Source: Microcoleus sp. (GTDB lineage Bacteria; Cyanobacteriota; Cyanobacteriia; Cyanobacteriales; Microcoleaceae). Taken from it: DNA of 64,000 nt. Position 1 is the stretch's first letter, and the number at the start of each line of letters is the position of its first letter. The notes under the pieces are model-generated. The model searched no databases. It worked only from the letters and a program-made list of their open reading frames with translations, and was not told where the DNA came from. This document shows positions 56,401 to 64,000 of this stretch, in pieces. A program made the position numbers and the translations under genes. The DNA lies in assembly GCA_042408215.1 (NCBI GenBank), contig JAYFMW010000017.1, positions 672,001 through 736,000 on the forward strand. The letters are read 5' to 3'.

Positions 56401-58880
56401 ATCCTCTCTCCGCCGTTGCCTATGTATATTTGGGATTACTACTTTGTGGAATATTCGGAGATATTGAGAGAGGCTATCAATTTGGTCAACTGGCATTAAA
56501 GCTTTTGGATCGCTTTCAGGCTCAAGAACATCTGGCTAAAGTTCTGGTGGTTTTTAATGGGACCATTAGAATTTGGAAAGAACCTATTAACTCATCAGTG
56601 CAGCATTTTCAGACGGCTTATCAAAGTGGCTTAGAAGTCGGAGATTTTGAGTATGCAGCCAATTGTTGTTACCTAACGGCTTTACATTCTATTTTTAGTG
56701 GGAAAAACCTCGAAGAGTTAGAACCGAAAATTGCGGCTTATAATGAGTCATTAGTTAAACTTAAGCAACAAACCCATCTCTATTATGGTAAAATTTACCA
56801 TCAGTCAATATTAAATTTACTAGATCGAACGGAAAAGCCCTATCTTTTAATGGGTGAAGTCTATAACGGCGAGGTCATGCTTCCTGTTCATATCGAAGCC
56901 AACGATCGCTACGCGGTTTTTTGTGTTTCCGTTAATCAATTACATCTATCCTATCTTTTTCAAGAGTACGATTTGGCTTTACAAAATGCCGTAATAGCCG
57001 AAAAATATTTAGATGGAGCAACCTCAACATTACTCTTTCATATTTTCTATTTTTACGATTCTTTAACTCGTTTAGCACTTTATCCTTCGGCTCAGATTCA
57101 AGAGCAACAAAATATCTTAGAAAAAGTGGCAGAGAATCAGGATAAAATGAAAAATTGGGCGAACTATGCTCCCATGAATTATTTGCATAAATATTATCTA
57201 GTTGCCGCAGAAAAATTTAGATTTACCGGGGATAAGTATGAAGCCATAGATAATTACGATCGCGCCATTGCATTAGCCAAAGAACAGGGTTTCATTAACG
57301 ATGAAGCTCTAGCCAATGAGCTAGTGGCAAAATTTTATCTAGCTCAAGGAAAAGAAAAATTTGCTCTAGTTCATCTCCAAGAAGCCTACTATTGCTATAG
57401 TCGCTGGGGAGCAACAGCAAAAGTTAAAGATTTAGAAAAAAGATACCCGCAATTAGTAGCTAAATCATCAGGAATAACTAAAATAACAACCGCACCGGGG
57501 AAAACCACAAGATCTACAACAAACAAAAGTTCTGGAAAATTGCTAGATTTAGCAACCGTCATCAAAGCATCTCAAACGATTGGTAGCGAAATTCTCATCG
57601 AACAATTACTGCAAAAATTGATGAAAATTATCATCGAAAATGCGGGAGCGCAAAGAGGGTTCTTGCTTTTGGAAGACAAAGGTAAACTGTTTGTAGAAGC
57701 TGAAGGATCCGTAGATTATGAACAAGTGACTGTTTTGCAGTCAATCCCGATGGAGAACTGCTTACCCTTATCAATTATCAATTATGTCGCCCGCACTTAT
57801 GAAAGTGTTGTCTTAAATAATGCCACAGTTGAGGGCAATTTTATTAACGATCGCTACATTCAACAACATCAGCCCAAGTCGATTATCTGTGTCCCTCTAA
57901 TTAATCAAGGCCAACTAATTAGCCTTTTATACTTAGAAAATAATCTGACCACAGGAGCCTTTACTCCTGAGCGATTAGAAATCCTAAAAATTCTTTCTTC
58001 CCAAGCAGCTATTTCCATTGAAAATGCCCGACTCTATCAAAATTTAGAAGATAAAGTCGAAGAACGCACGGCTCAACTAGCTGAAGCTAATCAAGAAATT
58101 AGCACTCTCAATGAACTCCTCAAAAAAGACAATCTGCGAATGGGTGCGGAACTCGATATTGTCAAACAATTGCAACAAATGGTGTTACCTAAACAGTCGG
58201 AATTAGAGGCGATTGAAGGATTAGAAATTGCGGGTTATATGGAGCCTGCTGATGAAGTTGGTGGCGATTACTACGATGTATTGCAACAGGATGGAAGAGT
58301 TAAAATTAGCATAGGGGATGTCACTGGACATGGTTTAGAAAGCGGCGTGTTGATGATTATGGCACAAACGGCTGTCAGGACGCTTCAGAAAATGAACGAA
58401 ACCGATCCCGTGAAGTTTTTGGATGTCCTCAACCAGACTCTTTATGACAATCTCCAGCGCATGGACTCCCCTAAAAATATGTCTCTAGCTATCTTAGATT
58501 ATGCCGGAGGTGTCCTCAAGTTAAGCGGACAACATGAGGAAATGATTGTGGTGCGCGCTGATGGAAAATTGGAGTGCATAGATACGATGGATTTAGGCTT
58601 TCCCATTGGCTTAGTAGAAGAGATTGGCGACTTTATTGCTCAAGAAGAAGTGCTGTTAAATCCTGGGGATGTGGTGGTGCTTTATACTGATGGAATTCCT
58701 GAAGCTTTTGATATTAATAAGGCGCAGTACGGATTAAAAAGGTTGTGGCAAGTGGTGGTTGACAATCATCTGCGATCGGTCCAAGAAATTCGGGAAGCTG
58801 TGATTGATGATGTGCGCCAGTATATTGGTGTTCAGAGGGTTTTTGATGATATTACTTTGGTGGTGATGAAGCAGAAATAG
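53475..58880 (+). CDS. Ser/Thr kinase - AAA ATPase - GAF - SpoIIE (PP2C) multidomain protein
   Basis: HKDINPAN and DFG; GYSGIGKS and FLDDLQW; GAF; GGDYYD, GDVTGHG, YTDG, DDIT. Confidence 0.92.
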   Translation: MIEINGYQTIAQIYESNNSIVYRGIRQQDNLPIILKMLKQDYPTPAQLTHYRQEYEITRNLNLEGVIKAYSLEEYQRTLVIILEDFGGNSLKRLTNNSEQKQAITSFNKFLDIAIQATEILAQIHAANVIHKDINPANLVFNPETKQLKIIDFGISTQLTRENPTVKNPNVLEGTLAYISPEQTGRMNRSLDYRTDFYSLGVTYYELLTGKLPFETTDALELVHCHIAKVPVAPHQINPEIPKAVSDIVMKLMAKTAEQRYQSAFGIRNDLTECLQQLQTTGNISNFPLGTQDISEHFQIPQKIYGREAEIETLITAFERVANPPESPLAKGGLGGVEMMLVAGYSGIGKSALVQELYQPITKARGYFISGKFDHFQRNIPYSAVVYAFQELVRQLLTETATQLNIWREKILTALGVNGQIIIDVIPQVELIIGKQIKVPQLGGTEAQNRFNLVLGNFIRAFCSPEHPLVIFLDDLQWADAATLKLIQLMMTDLDTKYLFLIGAYRDNEVSPTHPLMMTLEEIKKANLATSSLQNLEIEQPTFTQINQINLAPLAVEHIRQLIADTLYSNTEAVKHLAEMVVTKTRGNPFFVNELLTTLYAEGGLNFKHPQSSFISGENKGATRGFWQWDLSHIEALGITDNVVELMIGKLKKMPETTQNVLQLAACIGSEFDLNTLAVVCKKTATQVFDDLLEALQSGLIISRSELDEQLLIQDYQFRHDRIQQAAYTLIDDRQKKVIHLQIGRLLLQNTSLEAPSEKIFGIIDHLNMGRELMSDDVEREHLAQLNLLAGCKAISATAYAAAVNYLQVAIKLLAEDSWQTQYQLTLDIYSRAVEAVYLNGDLQQMEELAEVVLQHANTVLDKMKVYEIKIQSCIPQTKFLDAVNTALPVLELLGLSFPPSPTPADIQKGLEEILSNLADKQIEDLIELPEMSDPDKLAAMAIASSIFSASYIAAPRLLPLLVFKQVNLSLQYGNNPLSAVAYVYLGLLLCGIFGDIERGYQFGQLALKLLDRFQAQEHLAKVLVVFNGTIRIWKEPINSSVQHFQTAYQSGLEVGDFEYAANCCYLTALHSIFSGKNLEELEPKIAAYNESLVKLKQQTHLYYGKIYHQSILNLLDRTEKPYLLMGEVYNGEVMLPVHIEANDRYAVFCVSVNQLHLSYLFQEYDLALQNAVIAEKYLDGATSTLLFHIFYFYDSLTRLALYPSAQIQEQQNILEKVAENQDKMKNWANYAPMNYLHKYYLVAAEKFRFTGDKYEAIDNYDRAIALAKEQGFINDEALANELVAKFYLAQGKEKFALVHLQEAYYCYSRWGATAKVKDLEKRYPQLVAKSSGITKITTAPGKTTRSTTNKSSGKLLDLATVIKASQTIGSEILIEQLLQKLMKIIIENAGAQRGFLLLEDKGKLFVEAEGSVDYEQVTVLQSIPMENCLPLSIINYVARTYESVVLNNATVEGNFINDRYIQQHQPKSIICVPLINQGQLISLLYLENNLTTGAFTPERLEILKILSSQAAISIENARLYQNLEDKVEERTAQLAEANQEISTLNELLKKDNLRMGAELDIVKQLQQMVLPKQSELEAIEGLEIAGYMEPADEVGGDYYDVLQQDGRVKISIGDVTGHGLESGVLMIMAQTAVRTLQKMNETDPVKFLDVLNQTLYDNLQRMDSPKNMSLAILDYAGGVLKLSGQHEEMIVVRADGKLECIDTMDLGFPIGLVEEIGDFIAQEEVLLNPGDVVVLYTDGIPEAFDINKAQYGLKRLWQVVVDNHLRSVQEIREAVIDDVRQYIGVQRVFDDITLVVMKQK

Positions 58881-59014
58881 AGTTAAAATTAGCATTTAAA
58901 TTTAAGCTTTCTGGCGGGCAGGATGCCCACCCCACAAAAGTTTGAATAAATCAGATTGTGTACATTAGATGCGCGACAGCTTACTACATTTGACGTGTTT
59001 GTTGACACCAATGC

Positions 59015-62000
59015 TTACCAAGGATTCCCGATCATCGTGAAACTACTCCAGTAGTAAGGATGAGAAAAATTTTGGTTTTGTTGTTGTAAATTAGCTGGTA
59101 AATTTAACTGGCCCGCTGTTGTTATTAACTGCCCGTTTTCCAGCCGAACTTTACCAGAAATCATTGCTTGTTGAGCAAGTTGCAAAGCTTCTGATTTAAG
59201 GGCTGCTCCTCGCAACTGCTGGTAAAATTCAGTCATCAGTCCTAAAGTGCCTTTATCATCAACATACCACAAACTCCCTAAGGCAGATTTCGCGCCGGAT
59301 TTGACGGCTAAACCTCCAAAACCTAACTCGGATTCCCGATCGCCCAAAGCTGTTCTGCAAGCACTTAATACTAACAAATCTACCTGCGGATTACGCCAAT
59401 TTAACCTCTCTATTTGAGCTAGATTCAGCTTTTCATTCCACAGTTGAATGTAAGAATTGCTCGGTTTTCCAGGCTGGAATTCAGCGTGGGTTGCTAGGTG
59501 AATAATCCGAAATCCTCGCTGTGAGTGCTGCGAGTTGAGATTGTCTACAGTGAAGGTAGAATTGAGGAAAGATTGCCCGTGCCACTGAGAAGAGATTGTT
59601 TGTAATTCGATCGGCACACTGGGTAAAGGATCGTTGTCAACAAATTCCGATCGTCCCATTGCGAGCACTGTTGCCCCACTAACAGGTTTATAATCGGTGT
59701 TGGTCAGGCTAAAACTGGGAATGAGACTGACATTGTATTTTTCAATTAAGAAGCCTTTACCGTCGTGTAAAGCGGCAAATGGGAGGCTTCGCAGTCCTGG
59801 ATCGACTGATAGTAATAGGGTATGAATTCCTAAGTTTTCTAAGTCTTTTTCTAGGGGGGCGATCGACCATTTGTATAGTTGCTGAGCGGCTGCTAGATAA
59901 CTGGTAGTGTTGAGTTTTCTGGGATTGGTAATTTCATCGCGGAGCTCCTTGACGACGGGGAATAAAGCTGCTCTGTTGGCTTCGGTCACGCTGTAGTGAA
60001 TCGGTTGTCCTACAGGAGGAACTAAGATTATTTCTAATTGTTCGTCTCGCGAGATTAGATAGATAATACCAGACCGCTTGCCGGTTCTTTGTTCGATGGT
60101 TTGTAAAGTTTGTTGGAATTGAGAAATCAGGACGTTTTGCTCTGGGAGTTGGCCTTTTACTCCTAGATATTCTCCAAATTCTTGATTTCTAATTTGTTCG
60201 ATTCCCCAGATGGTTTTTCCGAGGTTTTTTTCCTCGAAAAGTCGATCGGGCGGCGGAGCGTATCCTAGAACTAAACTAGAAGTAGGGTTGACTGTTCGTG
60301 GTTGTTTTGATTCTGGTGAAGATGTTACAATGCTGGCGGGTAATTGACTGGTGATACTTCGATCGATGGTTAAAACTCGATCGCCAATAATATCGGGATT
60401 GGCTAGCGGTGGAATTTTGGGGAGTTGAAAGTCTTCTGAATCGGGGGTTTTTGGTTGCGGTGCGGGTGTGGCTGCGGGTGTAGCTGCGGGTGTAGCTGCG
60501 GGTGCGGGTGTCACGGGTGCGATCGCAGTTGATTCTGATACTAATTGTAGTGGCTGCGTTGCGATCGAAGTCGGAGTTACAACCGGAGTCGGAGTTACAA
60601 CCGGAGTCGGAGTTACAACCGGAGTCGGAGTTACAACCGGAGTTGGAGTTGTACTCGGAGTTGGAGTTACAACCGGAGTTGGAGTTGTACTCGGAGTTGG
60701 AGTTACAACCGGAGTCGGAGTTACAACCGGAGTTGTACTCGGAGTTGGAGTTACAACCGGAGTCGGAGTTACAACCGGAGTTGTACTCGGAGTTGGAGTT
60801 TCCACCGGAGTCGCACTTACAACCGGAGTTGTACTCGGAGTTGGAGTTTCCACCGGAGTCGCACTTACAACCGGAGTTGTACTCGGAGTTGGAGTTTCCA
60901 CCGGAGTCGCACTTACAACCGGAGTTGTACTCGGAGTTGGAGTTTCCACCGGAGTTGGAGTTGTACTCGGAGTTGGAGTTTCCACCGGAGTTGGAGTTGT
61001 ACTCGGAGTTGGAGTTTCCACCGGAGTTGGAGTTACACTCGGAGTTGGAGTTGTACTCGGAGTTGGAGTTTCCACCGGAGTTGGAGTTTCCACCGGAGTT
61101 GGAGTTTCCACCGGAGTTGGAGTTTCCACCGGAGTTGGAGTTACACTCGGAGTTGGAGTTGTACTCGGAGTTGGAGTTGTACTCGGAGTTGGAGTTACAC
61201 TCGGAGTTGGAATTGTACTCGGAGTTGGGGTTGGAGTTGGAGTTGGAGTTACACTCGGAGTTGGGGTTGGAGTTGGAGTTGAAATTGTACTCGGAGTTGG
61301 GGTTGGAGTTGGAGTTGGAGTTACACTCGGAGTTGGGGTTGGAGTTGGAGTTGGAGTTACACTCGGAGTCGGAGTTACACTCGGAGTCGGAGTTACATTC
61401 GGAGTTGGAGTTACACTCGGAGTCGGAGTTGGCGTTGGAGTTGGCGTTGCGTTATCAGTCGCGATCGCAATATTACCCACATTATCAGCACCTGGAAACG
61501 ACTGCGATTGAATCGTAGATTGTCCAGTTGTAATTTTAGCAGCCGTGCCATTGATAGTAGTATCCCCCACCACAAAGGGTTGAATCGGCGGCCCACCATC
61601 GCCTCCAGCGTGTCTAATTGTGATATTTCCACCACCGGTGCCACCAGCAGTAGAAATGCTAGCAAATCCTGTGGGCGAAAGTAGGGTTGGGAAAGAATCT
61701 GTAGCGCGGAAAAATCCCCCTGTAGATGAAATAGAAACATCGCCACCGGTGTCGCTAATGCCGCCTTGAGCATTGATGAAACCGACTTGAATATCGCCGA
61801 TCGGATCTAATGAAACATTACCACCATTTCCGACTGTAGCACTAGAATTGATTTGTCCCGCCGTAATTGAATTTTGAGCTACAACGGTGATGTTACCGCC
61901 AATATTTCCCGATGTGGTTAAATTTTTGACATTCACTGTGCCCGCTGGGCTCAAAAGTGCGATCGCCCCGCCATTTCCCGAATTAGAAGCAGTAACATCT

Positions 62001-64000
62001 CCCAAAAGATTGATATTTCCGGTACTATTTACTTCCAAGTTTTGGGCGTTAATTGTCGAGTTGGCTGTCACCTGGCCAGCATTTGCGATCGCCAGATTTC
62101 CTAGCTGTCTGGTAGCGCCGACTGGTGCGCCGAAAGTAACGCTGCCACTACCTACTGCCAGATTTAGATCGAAACTGCCATTAATACTGTCGATCGCCCC
62201 TCCAAAGGCAATATTTCCCCCTCCAGAACTCAATCTCGCATTTTGGCTTAACCCCAAACCACCGTTAATCGTCATCTCCCCGTTATTCGTGGTAACATTA
62301 CCACCTAAATTAGTATTTGAGGCGGTAACATTCAAACCAGACAGTGCTGTAGTTTGTCCGATATTTCCTTGTAGCACCACATTACCTTTACCAGCATCAA
62401 TATTTAAGCGCCGATCGCCGTCGATCGCACCTGTTACACTAACATTACCACCACTGCTGGCGATCGCAACATCATTGCCGATGGTGACATTGCCGTTAAT
62501 AGCGATATTATTGGTTGTAGTGATACCACCGTTCAAACTCAACGTGGGAGCATTGAGAGTAATGCTGCTGTTGTCATTTCCGGTAATATTGCCGCTAAGG
62601 GCGATCGAACCAGTTTTCGTTTGAATATTTACCGGATCGGAAAAACTGAGATTATTAGGAATAGTAATATTGCTACTGCTATCCGATCGCCCAATAGTAA
62701 TCGAACTAAATCCGTTTTGAATTTGATTAATTTCCGATGCTGTCAAATCCAAAGCCGCAGTATTATTGTCATTCCCACCAACAACAATATTTTGTCCTGC
62801 TGTTGCTGGTTGAAGCCTTAGCGCATTAGTACCAGAAACTTGCCCAGAAAAATCAATTTCGCCTGCGGTGAGATTCAGGGGATTATTTCCTGCGGATAAA
62901 GTTGAACCGAAAGCAATCTTTGCATTTCCCAGTCCAAAACTCACAGGATAATTGAATGTCACCGGGCCGCTAAAACTAATATTATCATTAGTCGTATTGA
63001 TATTTCCATTCAGCGCCACACTCCCCGCGCCTTTTTGAATAAAAGCACCGTCTAAATTGAGATTGTTTGCATTAAGATTTCCAGTATTGCTAAGAGTTAG
63101 CGTACCGTAATTGCTGGTAGTTAAACTCTGTTGTAAATTAATATTATCACCGGAAATACCGACATTTCCAGCTACGTTAACCGCTGAATTAGCATTGATA
63201 TTTTTGCCACTAATCTGCAACCCGCTTAAAGAACTAGAATTGCCTACAGCACCGGTGAATGTAACATTACCACTCCCAGCATTCAGAGTCAAATTGCTAT
63301 TCCCGTTCACTGTATCATTAAAAGTAATACTGCTACCCGCAAGAGTTGGATTGTTAGCAATTGTCACCGCATCTCCGTAAGTCTGACTAGCAGTTGTAGT
63401 GACATTTCCATTCAGTTGAGTTGTACCGCCAGCATTCGTCGTAAAACTGTTAGCGGTAATCGCGTTTAATGTAGTTGTACTAGAAGTATTGACGGTGAGA
63501 TTTCCTAATGCGGTGGTTGTACCAACTGCACCGGTGAATGCAACATTACCACTCCCAGCATTCAGAGTCAAATTGCTATTCCCATTAACTGTATCATTAA
63601 AAGTAATCCCGTTCCCTGCAAGAGTGAGATTATTGGCAATTGTCACCGCATCTCCATAAGTCTGAGTAGCCGTTGTAGTGACATTTCCATTCAGTTGAGT
63701 TGTACCGCCAGCATTCGTCGTAAAACTGTTAGCCGTAATCGCGTTTAATGTAGTTGTACCAGAAGTATTGACGGTGAGATTTCCTAATGCGGTGGTTTCG
63801 CCGATCGCACCGGTGAATGTAACATTACCACTCCCAGCATTCAGAGTCAAATTGCTATTCCCATTCACTGTATCATTAAAAGTAATCCCGTTCCCTGCAA
63901 GAGTGAGATTATTGGCAATTGTCACCGCATCTCCGTAAGTCTGAGTACCCGTTGTAGTGACATTTCCATTCAGTTGAGTTGTACCGCCAGCATGGGTGGT
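59015..64000 (-). CDS. Large FHA-like exoprotein with Pro/Thr linker and C-terminal CHAT protease domain (5' end outside window)
   Basis: IHLATHAEF and VLSACRT (His/Cys dyad), HPYYWSSF; frame is open to the window edge. Confidence 0.92.
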   Translation of the reverse strand, partial: TTHAGGTTQLNGNVTTTGTQTYGDAVTIANNLTLAGNGITFNDTVNGNSNLTLNAGSGNVTFTGAIGETTALGNLTVNTSGTTTLNAITANSFTTNAGGTTQLNGNVTTTATQTYGDAVTIANNLTLAGNGITFNDTVNGNSNLTLNAGSGNVAFTGAVGTTTALGNLTVNTSSTTTLNAITANSFTTNAGGTTQLNGNVTTTASQTYGDAVTIANNPTLAGSSITFNDTVNGNSNLTLNAGSGNVTFTGAVGNSSSLSGLQISGKNINANSAVNVAGNVGISGDNINLQQSLTTSNYGTLTLSNTGNLNANNLNLDGAFIQKGAGSVALNGNINTTNDNISFSGPVTFNYPVSFGLGNAKIAFGSTLSAGNNPLNLTAGEIDFSGQVSGTNALRLQPATAGQNIVVGGNDNNTAALDLTASEINQIQNGFSSITIGRSDSSSNITIPNNLSFSDPVNIQTKTGSIALSGNITGNDNSSITLNAPTLSLNGGITTTNNIAINGNVTIGNDVAIASSGGNVSVTGAIDGDRRLNIDAGKGNVVLQGNIGQTTALSGLNVTASNTNLGGNVTTNNGEMTINGGLGLSQNARLSSGGGNIAFGGAIDSINGSFDLNLAVGSGSVTFGAPVGATRQLGNLAIANAGQVTANSTINAQNLEVNSTGNINLLGDVTASNSGNGGAIALLSPAGTVNVKNLTTSGNIGGNITVVAQNSITAGQINSSATVGNGGNVSLDPIGDIQVGFINAQGGISDTGGDVSISSTGGFFRATDSFPTLLSPTGFASISTAGGTGGGNITIRHAGGDGGPPIQPFVVGDTTINGTAAKITTGQSTIQSQSFPGADNVGNIAIATDNATPTPTPTPTPSVTPTPNVTPTPSVTPTPSVTPTPTPTPTPSVTPTPTPTPTPSTISTPTPTPTPSVTPTPTPTPTPSTIPTPSVTPTPSTTPTPSTTPTPSVTPTPVETPTPVETPTPVETPTPVETPTPSTTPTPSVTPTPVETPTPSTTPTPVETPTPSTTPTPVETPTPSTTPVVSATPVETPTPSTTPVVSATPVETPTPSTTPVVSATPVETPTPSTTPVVTPTPVVTPTPSTTPVVTPTPVVTPTPSTTPTPVVTPTPSTTPTPVVTPTPVVTPTPVVTPTPVVTPTSIATQPLQLVSESTAIAPVTPAPAATPAATPAATPAPQPKTPDSEDFQLPKIPPLANPDIIGDRVLTIDRSITSQLPASIVTSSPESKQPRTVNPTSSLVLGYAPPPDRLFEEKNLGKTIWGIEQIRNQEFGEYLGVKGQLPEQNVLISQFQQTLQTIEQRTGKRSGIIYLISRDEQLEIILVPPVGQPIHYSVTEANRAALFPVVKELRDEITNPRKLNTTSYLAAAQQLYKWSIAPLEKDLENLGIHTLLLSVDPGLRSLPFAALHDGKGFLIEKYNVSLIPSFSLTNTDYKPVSGATVLAMGRSEFVDNDPLPSVPIELQTISSQWHGQSFLNSTFTVDNLNSQHSQRGFRIIHLATHAEFQPGKPSNSYIQLWNEKLNLAQIERLNWRNPQVDLLVLSACRTALGDRESELGFGGLAVKSGAKSALGSLWYVDDKGTLGLMTEFYQQLRGAALKSEALQLAQQAMISGKVRLENGQLITTAGQLNLPANLQQQNQNFSHPYYWSSFTMIGNPW
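60463..61450 (-). repeat. Coding Pro/Thr-rich tandem repeats
   Basis: Mostly 18-nt units encoding TPTPS/TPTPV variants. Confidence 0.95.
63250..63993 (-). repeat. 279-nt (93-aa) coding tandem repeats
   Basis: GDAVTIANN recurs at 63925, 63646 and 63367. Confidence 0.9.

Noticed and set aside
60468..61518. Long plus-strand ORFs (VGVTTG / ELELYS repeats)
   Set aside because: Antisense shadows of the Pro/Thr linker

Overview
Chromosomal window from a filamentous cyanobacterium (Oscillatoriales-like, inferred from abundant HIP1 GCGATCGC sites, heptamer STRR tracts and gene content). Housekeeping genes (gltB, acs, galT, leuB, pyrF/pyrE fusion, truB, yidD, ligA, iscA-like) and secreted or signalling proteins are interleaved with many mobile sequences: three TnpB loci plus a TnpB-related gene at the edge, one intact-looking IscB element, two IS630 fragments, several MITE/REP families, and a RAYT (HUH) transposase between two tandem arrays of about 20 REPIN-like hairpin units. 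The most unusual locus is 36.2-38.3 kb. A cas-less array of 37-nt type I-D-like CRISPR repeats is preceded by two 37-nt repeats shifted 13 nt out of register. After removing the IscB element in silico, another 37-nt duplication with a 37-nt insert, made from the 3' end of a DUF547 gene, lies in the same ~72-nt phase. IscB sits inside that duplication, so its predicted guide matches the host gene. The array is cut by an IS630, and the missing repeat end may lie 37 kb away beside an inverted IS630 copy. All calls come from reading the sequence and ORF track by eye; no searches were run.
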